Below, in pieces: positions 32,756 to 41,225 of a stretch of DNA of 64,000 bases. Below the pieces are notes generated by a model. The model saw nothing but the letters and a program-made list of their open reading frames with translations, had not been told where the DNA came from and did no database searches. This DNA comes from Elusimicrobiota bacterium (GTDB lineage: Bacteria > Elusimicrobiota > Elusimicrobia > F11). Position numbers and translations under genes: made by a program. Location: the NCBI GenBank assembly GCA_044221725.1, contig JBGAON010000001.1, forward strand, positions 544,001-608,000. The letters are read 5' to 3'. Position 1 is the stretch's first letter. Each line of letters opens with the position of its first letter.

Positions 32756-35700
32756 CTAATTTATGAGCGCCATTTTTCTCGTTTCGACGCCGTCGCCTTT
32801 GTGGATATGAATCACATAAATCCCGCTCGATAGCTCGCTACGATTCACGGGTACCTGGTTCGATCCTCTTTGGCCGTCATGGTCCCTCTCGGATACCAAA
32901 TCCCCGTTGCTGTCAAAGATCTTGATTTCCACACGCGTTGGTTGGTCAAGCTCGTAAGTAACGTAGGCCTGCGCGCCCGGAGGAAACAACGTCTTGCCTT
33001 TGCCGGGGGCACTTATATCTTTAGACCCACCTCCGCCGTCTGGTCCGACGAACACCTGCATCTCGTCTTCCGCTTGCAGTTGAGAATCGCTTGCGCGTAA
33101 ACGCAGGCGATATTTTCCTGAAAGCGGGAAGAACGCCGATGTTGTTAATGAATGGGGATCCGTGAACTGAATGGCCGTCGGACCATCAACAAAAATCCAT
33201 TTGAACGACAGTTGGTCGCTCGGCAATCCATCATCGGTGACTGTTCCGGCCAAGTCTGTATTCCCTGGTCGCGGCAATTTCTTATCCTGGCCTGCATCGA
33301 CGACGGGCGGAGTGTTTTCGGGACCAGCCGGGGGCTCAGGGACTGTGATCTGAACTTGATCCGATCCTTTCTTTAAAGAATCGTCCGCTTCCAATTCCAG
33401 CACGTAAACGCCAGGGCCCGAGAACTGCGCGAAGGTTTCCAATTTTTGATCATCGGTGAACGATACCGACCCAGGGCCGCTGATTTTTTTCCATTTGGTT
33501 GTTAACAGAGCTGGGTCCGGCCGGTTGTCGTCTCTGACGGTGCCCTTAATGTAAGCATAGGACTGCCACGGGGAAACAGTTTGATCCGGGCCAGCATCGA
33601 CGATGGGTGCTTGGTTTTCATCAACAACCACTTCCATGTCGTCGAATCCGCTTTGGTCGTCGTGACGCGCCGTTAGGCGAAGCACGTAGCGTCCCAACTC
33701 TGGGAATGTCGCTGTTGTGACGGCTTGACGCGGATCGCCAAACGCAACATCGCCAGGTCCACTTACTTTCGTCCATTCGTACGAGAGTTGTGGCGGGAAT
33801 TGACCGTCCACGGCCGATCCGTCCAACGTCACCGTACCATTCACCATGGTGTTCTTATCGGGACCCGCGTTCACACGCGGTGGCCAGAGAAACGTGATCG
33901 TGACTTCGCTCGAAGCGGATCGAGCCGAGTCGTCTCCGGTCAGTCGAAAACGATAAGTTCCTCCGGTGACGATCGTGACTTTTGCGTGAAGCTTATGAGG
34001 ATCATCAAACGTCACCGTCGCCGGGCCGCTGACGAGGGACCAGGTTACGCTGCAGGCCGCCGGAGGATTCGGATTGCCATCGTCCGTGACTGTGGCACTT
34101 TCCATTGTTGCTGTCCAAGGATAGTCGTTCCAATCAAAAACTATTGAACGATCGGGGCCCGCATAAACAACGGGTGCTTCGTTTGGCGGTTGCGGAACGC
34201 CATTGATGGTATAGAAGGCCTGATCTGTTACTTCCAATTCGCCGTCAGAGGCAACGGCTTCTAGAAGATAGGTATCGGGCGCTGAAAACACAGCGGTATC
34301 GGAATTAAGGAATTCGACGGTGCCTCCCCCTTGAATTTTTCTCCAAGTGAGCGTGACTCTCCCGGGAGGGGTGGGCAATCCATCATCAAAAAGCGTATAG
34401 GCAAGGCGGACTGGAACCCCGGCCGTTCCGGTCTGGTTCGGAATCGCCCTTAGTTGAGGGGCTTGATTGGCGCGAACGACGGTGATTTGTATGTCGTCGG
34501 AAGCGGTTGCGGCGCCATCGTTTCCTACAAGTCGTAACGTGAACACACCCTGATCCGGGAATGAAACGGTGGTATCAAGCGAGCGAGGATTGGCGATCCT
34601 TGGATACCCTGGTCCGCTAACATAAACCCACGTCGTCGTAAGCGTACCGGGATCGGTAGGCAAACCATCGTCGGTGGCAGTGCCGTGCAATGTTGCCACG
34701 CCAGGCAACTGCAGAGTTTGATCCTCCCCTGCATTCACAACGGGCGGTTCATTGACAGGTCCGGGATTGACGGTAATCGTAATGTCGTCGCTGACTGTCG
34801 CTGTTCTATTTCGTGCAGTTAATCTCAAAACATAAACGCCGGGAGCGTTAATTCTCGCCGTGTTGTCGAGCGGTCGGGGGTCGTAAAAGCGCACGTCTCC
34901 CGGTCCACTAACTTTCGACCATTCGTGCGTATCCGCCCATTCGGCGGTGCCGTGAAGATTCGCGGCCGCGGGCAACGCAATTGTTTGGTCCGGTCCCGCG
35001 TTCACCACGGGTGCTGGTGGCATAACCGAGACAATTAAATTTTTCGTTGTTCGTAGTTGGCCGTCGTCGGCGATCAATTGCACGGTGTAATCATCCGGCA
35101 TTGAGAACGTGGCGGAGGCTTGCCCATTGAATTGGTCCGTGAATTGCACGTCACCCCGACCGCTCAATTTCGTCCAAGAATGTGTCGTCATGCCCGGAAT
35201 TGCCGGTTTCCCGTCGTCGGTAATGGTGTAAGTGAAAGTCGCAGCGTCGCCAAAATTCACTGTTTGTAGCGCTGGCGAAGCGCTAACAACCGGAGCACGA
35301 TTCGCAGGTTCGTACAATTCAACAGTAAGCGAGGATCTCCCCGTAAGCAATCCGTCGGAGACTTCGAGCTCTATTCGATAGATACCGGGTTGATCGGCAT
35401 CTACCTGTGTCGAAAGCGCGTGCGCGTCACGGAACGTGAGATTGCCGAGGCCGCTTGATTTTCTCCATGTGATCGTTAACGGACCCGGAACTCCATCATC
35501 GGTAGCTGAGCCAACAAGGATGACCGTTGACGGGTAAGCGACACGTTGATTCGGGCCGGCGTTTGCCACCGGTGCTTGGTTTGGTGAAACGGTTGCCGTC
35601 ATTCTATCCGTTAGAAGTTGATTGCTTATCGGATCCAACCCACGAATTTCGAGCACGTAGGTCCCTGGGGCCGAAAAGCTGGCTGTCGTATCAATCGCCC

Positions 35701-36931
35701 GCGGATTTGACAACGTGACGGTGCCAGGACCGCTTATTTTTGACCACAGGATCGCAGTAAGGCGCGGCGTAGCTGTACCGTCCAACGAGATATTTTGTGG
35801 ATAGATAACCGACTGATCGGGGCCGGCGCTAATTGTTGCGGGTTCCACTACTTCAATTGTCACTTGGGAATTAGCGGTTCGCTCGGAATCGTCGGCCATT
35901 AAATCAAGCACATGGGTTCCCAAAGCTGAGAAAGAAGCGGTTGTGCGAAGTGCCGTGGGATTCGAAAACGTAACTTCACCAGGTCCGCTTTGTTTTGTCC
36001 ACGAAAAAGTCAAAGTGGCCGGTGGGTTCGGATTTCCGTCATCCGATGCGCTTCCGTTTAAGGATGCTAGCGTCCCAAGTATGATTGTTTGATTGGCGCC
36101 GGCGTTTACGGTTGGAGCGTCGTTCCTCGGAAGAATACGAATCGTCACGTCGGCCGAGGAGCTCAATTGCGAATCGTTCGCCGTGAATCGCATCACGTAA
36201 GTTCCCTCAGAAGAAAATTGAGCGTTGGTTTGTAACGCGTTTTCGTTAGAAAGCGATACAGATCCCGGACCTGAAACTTTTGTCCACTGAAACGTCATTT
36301 GTCCGGGGGGGGTGGGCTTTCCATCGTCGAAAGCCATTCCTATTAATGTTGTCGAGAGCGTAGGAAGATGCAACGTCGCCGGATTGGCACGTGCGCCGAC
36401 CGCGGGTGGTTGGTTGGGTTCTGGCCAATCGTCGACAATACATGGGGCTTCATGGGGACGATATCCGCGTTCAAGCATTTCTTCGTGCGCAAGCGTGGTG
36501 GGGGCGGCCGGAATGGTTTTCCAGACATAGCCCCCGATGATGATTCTCGGGTAGTCCGGAATACTGTTATCAACATAACAGTGGGGAATTTTGTAGTTGC
36601 GCGCGCTCGTGGTGAATTGGAAGGTGACGGGTGTTCGCGCTTGATCTAAGGTCGTTCCATTATATGTATGGGTTTGAGAGATATCCCGCACTTGAGCATA
36701 TACCTCGTATTGCGTGCATAGCAGGTAGGCCGCGGAATCATCCGGAGCGTCAGGAGAATCTGAAAACGGGCCGTATTGAATTTCCGAGCTGAACAGTCTT
36801 CCGCAATCGTAGGGCGAAGCGGTATTCTCCCATTCAGCTTGGACGGTCGAAGCGATCGAGAAAAATAAAGTTGCCAGAGCGATAGCCCCGGTTTTGCCAC
36901 CATTTGTAACGCCAAATTTTCCAAGCCCCAT
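32756..36931 (-). CDS. Secreted adhesin-like protein with about 12 PKD/K319L-like Ig repeats and a T9SS-CTD/FlgD-like tail (copy 1)
   Basis: Signal peptide; repeats NxAPxVNAGPDQ...DDG.P...W.K.SGPG...GTY.L.L; tail IKIFDSNG.LV...LSSGIYVI. Confidence 0.85.
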   Translation of the reverse strand: MGLGKFGVTNGGKTGAIALATLFFSIASTVQAEWENTASPYDCGRLFSSEIQYGPFSDSPDAPDDSAAYLLCTQYEVYAQVRDISQTHTYNGTTLDQARTPVTFQFTTSARNYKIPHCYVDNSIPDYPRIIIGGYVWKTIPAAPTTLAHEEMLERGYRPHEAPCIVDDWPEPNQPPAVGARANPATLHLPTLSTTLIGMAFDDGKPTPPGQMTFQWTKVSGPGSVSLSNENALQTNAQFSSEGTYVMRFTANDSQLSSSADVTIRILPRNDAPTVNAGANQTIILGTLASLNGSASDDGNPNPPATLTFSWTKQSGPGEVTFSNPTALRTTASFSALGTHVLDLMADDSERTANSQVTIEVVEPATISAGPDQSVIYPQNISLDGTATPRLTAILWSKISGPGTVTLSNPRAIDTTASFSAPGTYVLEIRGLDPISNQLLTDRMTATVSPNQAPVANAGPNQRVAYPSTVILVGSATDDGVPGPLTITWRKSSGLGNLTFRDAHALSTQVDADQPGIYRIELEVSDGLLTGRSSLTVELYEPANRAPVVSASPALQTVNFGDAATFTYTITDDGKPAIPGMTTHSWTKLSGRGDVQFTDQFNGQASATFSMPDDYTVQLIADDGQLRTTKNLIVSVMPPAPVVNAGPDQTIALPAAANLHGTAEWADTHEWSKVSGPGDVRFYDPRPLDNTARINAPGVYVLRLTARNRTATVSDDITITVNPGPVNEPPVVNAGEDQTLQLPGVATLHGTATDDGLPTDPGTLTTTWVYVSGPGYPRIANPRSLDTTVSFPDQGVFTLRLVGNDGAATASDDIQITVVRANQAPQLRAIPNQTGTAGVPVRLAYTLFDDGLPTPPGRVTLTWRKIQGGGTVEFLNSDTAVFSAPDTYLLEAVASDGELEVTDQAFYTINGVPQPPNEAPVVYAGPDRSIVFDWNDYPWTATMESATVTDDGNPNPPAACSVTWSLVSGPATVTFDDPHKLHAKVTIVTGGTYRFRLTGDDSARSASSEVTITFLWPPRVNAGPDKNTMVNGTVTLDGSAVDGQFPPQLSYEWTKVSGPGDVAFGDPRQAVTTATFPELGRYVLRLTARHDDQSGFDDMEVVVDENQAPIVDAGPDQTVSPWQSYAYIKGTVRDDNRPDPALLTTKWKKISGPGSVSFTDDQKLETFAQFSGPGVYVLELEADDSLKKGSDQVQITVPEPPAGPENTPPVVDAGQDKKLPRPGNTDLAGTVTDDGLPSDQLSFKWIFVDGPTAIQFTDPHSLTTSAFFPLSGKYRLRLRASDSQLQAEDEMQVFVGPDGGGGSKDISAPGKGKTLFPPGAQAYVTYELDQPTRVEIKIFDSNGDLVSERDHDGQRGSNQVPVNRSELSSGIYVIHIHKGDGVETRKMALIN

Positions 36932-36951
36932 GTTCTCCTCCGTTTCGACGG

Positions 36952-37024
36952 TGTAAACGTCTTGTAACAGAGTAGCTTGGAGACGCGTAAGAACGCATTA
37001 AGGGCGGGTTAAAAATCGACGAAG
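36952..37024 (-). promoter_or_regulatory. Conserved 73-bp upstream element of PKD gene, copy 1
   Basis: Near-identical to 45632-45704, same 20-nt distance to ATG; contains TTAA-N7-TTAA and a -10-like TACTCT. Confidence 0.6.
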
Positions 37025-37171
37025 ATTGTGACACAAATCCCTTGTAAAGAATGGTGTTTGGGTTCACATTGATCGGGTCGTTGTGTTGCGTGATATTTTC
37101 TTTCGCTATGAATAGATCTAGGAATACGAATGGGCTACTTTCGGCTTGTTTTTTCGAATCATTTTTCGCGT

Positions 37172-39736
37172 ATGAATGTTAAGAGAATACTTTCCTTATC
37201 ATTGGCCTGCCTCTTTTTTTCTTCTGCTGTGCGCGCAGACCTTTTGATTGAAACCGTCAACGCGCTTTTCGGCGATGGCGGCCTCGCAACGTACTCCAAA
37301 CTTAACAATCCTTATGGAATCGCGGCCGACAGCTTGGGTAACGTATTCATTGCGGAATATGCGGGCCATCGAATCCGAAAAATTAGGGCCGATGGGGTAA
37401 TTACAACCATCGCGGGAACCGGTTCCCCCGGCTTCTCAGGAGATGGTGGGCCCGCTTTGTCGGCCCAATTCAACCGGCCTCGCTCCATTGCGGTTGATCC
37501 CAATGGGAATGTGTATGTCGCCGATACCGTTAATTACCGGATCCGAAAAATAACCCCCGCTGGAATCATCACCACATTCGCAGGAAACGGCAGTGCCACC
37601 TATTCCGGAGATGGAGGGCCGGCAACGTCGGCAGGTTTCCCCAGTGTCTTTGCGATGGCGGCCGATACTTCCGAAAACATATATGTCGCCGATGATGACC
37701 GTGTCCGTAAAATAAATGCAGCCGGCATCGTTACCACGATTGCCGGAGGAGGTTCCATTTCCGCGCTTGATGCTCCGGCGCTATCCTGCGCCATTTCCCC
37801 TAGAGGATTGGTTTACAGAGACGGCCATCTTTATCTTTCTTCCACGTACAGCGCCCTCATCGGAGATTTAAATCTTTCCAATGGTTTTCTCGCACGCCAC
37901 GCCGGCCGCTACGGAGCAGAAGGCTTCGGCGGTGACGGAGGGCCTGCGCTGAATGCTCAATTCTATTTTCCCTATACGCTCTGCTTCAGCCCCGCTGGAG
38001 AATTGTTCATCAGCGACTATGGAAATCTTCGCGTCAGAAAAATTTCTACCGCTGGGATCATTACCACTGTTGCCGGCAACGGTTTGAGAGGACTGCCCAC
38101 CGAAGGAACTCCCGCCGCATCCGGCCGCATTGGATATCCCGAACATATCGCTTTCGGAGGCCCTCTCAATGAAGTGCTTATCATGGATATCGACAACGAC
38201 AAGGGTCATCGTGTGGATGCCAGTGGCCTTATCTGGACATTTTGTGGCAAAGGCGCTGATCCATGGAGCTTGGCCAGCAACGGCCCAGGACTTATAACGA
38301 TTACCAGCCGTAATCAACATACGCTCTGGCGACTTGGCATTGATACAGGGGTTAGATCGGTGGCAGGAGATCAAACAGCCGGGTTTTCCGGTGATGGAGG
38401 GCCAGCGGCTGGAGCAAGACTCAATATTCCCGATGTGGTCACGGTTGATGTCAACGGAAACACATTTTTTTCCGATCAAAACGCCTCACGCGTCCGCAAA
38501 GTGGACTCGGACGGTATCATCACCACTGTCGCGGGAAATGGGACAGCCGGTTATTCCGGTGACGGAGGCCCGGCCACAGCGGCCAGCATTACTGTTGCGG
38601 GACTTGCGACGGACACAGTCGGAAATCTTTATATTTCCGGAGTAGGTTACATCCGACGGGTTAACACGCTTGGAATTATTGAAACCATCGCCGGTGGCGG
38701 AACGGATTATGATTTCGACGCACCGGCTACAAGTTGCGGACTTCTGGAAGTCGATGGTTTGGCCTGTTTTAATCGTGTTTTATACGTCTGTTCAGCACGA
38801 ACCATTGTTGGAGCACTAAATCTTGACACCGGCTATATGGCGCGATACGCGGGCATGTTTGCCCAACAAGGCTACAGTGGCGATGGCGGGCCAGCGACGT
38901 CGGCCAAACTAAATTCTCCCACAGATTTGGCAGTGGACCTTAGCGGGAACCTCTATATTGCCGATTACACCAACTTTGCAATAAGAAAGGTGACACCCGC
39001 CGGAATTATTTCAACGATCGCCGGTGATGGAATAAACGGATATACCGGTGATGGCGGACCCGCGCATGCGGCTCGACTTTCCTTTATCGGTGGGTTAACG
39101 GTTGATCCTGTGGGCAATATTTTCTTGTCGGATCGCCAAAATCATCTTGTGCGCCGTATTTATCACTCCGAAGGCGGAGACGTTACGCCGCCCTCCATAT
39201 CTGGAGTGGCCGCTGGCAGTGTCACACGCACCGCCGCAACGATCACATGGACCACTGATGAGCCGTCCGATTCGCAAGTGGAATATGGCTTAACCACCGC
39301 TTACGGCACGTCGACTCCTATTAATGGCTCCCTGGTCACAAGCCATTCGATGTCTTTGAGCGGACTTTCCGCCGGTACGCTGTATCATTACCGTGTGAAA
39401 TCTCGCGACGCCGCTGGCAACTTGGCTGTTTCCGGTGATTTTACTTTCACAACAGTTTCACCCGACGTAACTCCACCGGTTATCTCTGGCGTTGGATCAC
39501 GAGACGCCACCGCACGCAGCGCGCGCATTTTCTGGACCACCAACGAACCCGCCACCACTCAAGTTCGTTATGGGCTCACCACCGCTTATGGCGCTACATC
39601 TCCTTTTGAAGCTGCCCTTGTCACCACTCACAACGTTGATTTGGTGGGGCTTACCCCGAACACGCTTTATCATTACCAAGTCGTTTCACAAGATGCCGAC
39701 TCGAATGTTGCCGCTGCACACGCACATGTTTTGTGA
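37172..39736 (+). CDS. Secreted NHL-repeat (teneurin-like) protein with two FN3-like domains; C-terminus truncated by the 245-bp repeat
   Basis: Repeats G.GFSGDGGPA..A.FN.P..IAVD..GN.Y.AD; two WTTxEP...YG.TTAYG...YHY domains; the last residues come from the repeat. Confidence 0.85.
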   Translation: MNVKRILSLSLACLFFSSAVRADLLIETVNALFGDGGLATYSKLNNPYGIAADSLGNVFIAEYAGHRIRKIRADGVITTIAGTGSPGFSGDGGPALSAQFNRPRSIAVDPNGNVYVADTVNYRIRKITPAGIITTFAGNGSATYSGDGGPATSAGFPSVFAMAADTSENIYVADDDRVRKINAAGIVTTIAGGGSISALDAPALSCAISPRGLVYRDGHLYLSSTYSALIGDLNLSNGFLARHAGRYGAEGFGGDGGPALNAQFYFPYTLCFSPAGELFISDYGNLRVRKISTAGIITTVAGNGLRGLPTEGTPAASGRIGYPEHIAFGGPLNEVLIMDIDNDKGHRVDASGLIWTFCGKGADPWSLASNGPGLITITSRNQHTLWRLGIDTGVRSVAGDQTAGFSGDGGPAAGARLNIPDVVTVDVNGNTFFSDQNASRVRKVDSDGIITTVAGNGTAGYSGDGGPATAASITVAGLATDTVGNLYISGVGYIRRVNTLGIIETIAGGGTDYDFDAPATSCGLLEVDGLACFNRVLYVCSARTIVGALNLDTGYMARYAGMFAQQGYSGDGGPATSAKLNSPTDLAVDLSGNLYIADYTNFAIRKVTPAGIISTIAGDGINGYTGDGGPAHAARLSFIGGLTVDPVGNIFLSDRQNHLVRRIYHSEGGDVTPPSISGVAAGSVTRTAATITWTTDEPSDSQVEYGLTTAYGTSTPINGSLVTSHSMSLSGLSAGTLYHYRVKSRDAAGNLAVSGDFTFTTVSPDVTPPVISGVGSRDATARSARIFWTTNEPATTQVRYGLTTAYGATSPFEAALVTTHNVDLVGLTPNTLYHYQVVSQDADSNVAAAHAHVL

Positions 39737-39797
39737 TGGTGGGGCCGCACGCCGTTGAGAAAAGGACAATCAAAAGAGCAGCGCGTCTTATGTTCAT
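39709..39797 (-). pseudogene. 5' fragment of the M23 peptidase gene carried in the repeat
   Basis: Same sequence as 30639-30727; the rest of the gene is absent. Confidence 0.8.
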
Positions 39798-39870
39798 GCG
39801 CTTATTTGATAAATTCCCGCCGACGTTAGCTATGCAGATAGGTGCCGCGCTGCGGCACTCTTTGGAAATC

Positions 39871-39953
39871 GGGCATGTGGCGGAATGGCAGACGCAACGG
39901 ACTTAAAATCCGTTTCTCTTCGGAGAGTGTGGGTTCGACTCCCTCCATGCCCA
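39871..39953 (+). tRNA. tRNA-Leu (anticodon TAA), copy 2
   Basis: Identical to 30801-30883. Confidence 0.93.
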
Positions 39954-39985
39954 AAAAAAATCGGAAAGTTTTTCAAGAGGAGGGG

Positions 39986-40003
39986 CGACTCCCTCCATGC
40001 CCA
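39986..40003 (+). repeat. 18-bp duplicate of the tRNA-Leu 3' end (att-like)
   Basis: CGACTCCCTCCATGCCCA equals the last 18 nt of the tRNA. Confidence 0.85.
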
Positions 40004-40009
40004 GTATCT

Positions 40010-41203
40010 TTAGTTTGGAATGATAATTTTCATCCCTTTCTTTAAATCGGTGGGGTCTTCCATTAAATGTTTGTTCGCTGCGTAGATCGCGTGCCAGCGG
40101 CTTTTGTCGCCGAGTTCGTTTTGCGCAATGGAACCGAGATTGTCGCCTTCCTTTACCACGTAAACCCGCGTTTCGTTCGTGCGCATCGGCATTGTGATCG
40201 TTGTGTTCTTCGCCAAAGGTACGCTGGGCTCCGGAGTTTTTGACGCGAGGGGGGAATTCGGCTTTGCGTGCGCGAAATTATCGGTTTTAAGGGCGGATCC
40301 AAACTTCATGCCAACGCTCACCGTGTGTCGTCCGCTCAGTTCGTTCAGCATCCCGAACGAATAGTCGAGCGAAAACCGATCCAACGCGAAACCGGCTCCG
40401 AAAGTAATTTCTTTCGTGTTGCTTCCCGCGCGGTATCCTCCCCGCAGTGCCAACGGTCCAATGAAAGTTTCCAATCCCAACGACGGAATGAGTTGTTTCT
40501 CGTTCACCATGTACGGCGCGTCGAGCAGGAGTGTCGTCGGGGCTTTGCCCGAGAAGAGCGAAATTGCTGTTCCGGCGCGGAGCATGCGGGGGAGATTATC
40601 TCCGGTGGTGGCGTATTTGAGTTGCGATCCGTAATTGAGAGCGGCCGCGCCCACGCGAACGCGCGATGACAATTTCATTTGCAATCCGAGATCCACGGCG
40701 GCTGCTTGCGCCGAATATTGTTCGACGAGCGTCGAGCGCAAATATTTTCCGGCGATTCCAAACGACAGCGGGCCCATATTGCGGGAATATCCGAGGCCGA
40801 GCGTGTAATCTTGTTGCGCTTTCACGGAGTGTGTGGCTCCTGAATCTTCGGTTAAATCAAGGTTGCCGCCGCTGTACGCGCCGAACATAAATCCCAGCGA
40901 GGATTTTTTCGACATTGGTTTGCCAACCATCAGTTGGCCTCGCGATTCGTCGATGAGGCCTTGTTGGTAGAGGAACGACGCGCGGCCGGAGCTTAATGTG
41001 CCGAGCGAAGCCGGATTGTAAACAAACGCCGAAATGTCATCGGAGCCAGCCGAGTAGGCTTTGGCCAGCGAGGTGGGGCGTGCGCCGCCGTCGCTCAACA
41101 GCGACAATCCGCCGGACGCCGTTGCCCCAAGCGCGACGGCGGATAAAAGCAGCGGATAAGCCGCTAAGCCGACTTTGACCAACATTTTTTTTCGACGTTT
41201 CAT
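40010..41203 (-). CDS. PorV/PorQ-like beta-barrel with C-terminal LysM domain (copy 2)
   Basis: Close paralogue of 31546-32748 with the same motifs. Confidence 0.82.
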   Translation of the reverse strand: MKRRKKMLVKVGLAAYPLLLSAVALGATASGGLSLLSDGGARPTSLAKAYSAGSDDISAFVYNPASLGTLSSGRASFLYQQGLIDESRGQLMVGKPMSKKSSLGFMFGAYSGGNLDLTEDSGATHSVKAQQDYTLGLGYSRNMGPLSFGIAGKYLRSTLVEQYSAQAAAVDLGLQMKLSSRVRVGAAALNYGSQLKYATTGDNLPRMLRAGTAISLFSGKAPTTLLLDAPYMVNEKQLIPSLGLETFIGPLALRGGYRAGSNTKEITFGAGFALDRFSLDYSFGMLNELSGRHTVSVGMKFGSALKTDNFAHAKPNSPLASKTPEPSVPLAKNTTITMPMRTNETRVYVVKEGDNLGSIAQNELGDKSRWHAIYAANKHLMEDPTDLKKGMKIIIPN

Positions 41204-41225
41204 TTTTTAAGGTGCGACGTGTGAC

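Larger units (their letters stand above)
39709..39953. repeat. 245-bp direct repeat, copy 2
   Basis: Identical by eye to 30639-30883. Confidence 0.95.

Noticed and set aside
37260..39180. Recurring GGxGAxGGxGGxCC nucleotide motifs suggesting a CRISPR or tandem array
   Set aside because: They are degenerate codons of NHL GDGGPA repeats; there are no identical repeat-spacer units or cas genes.
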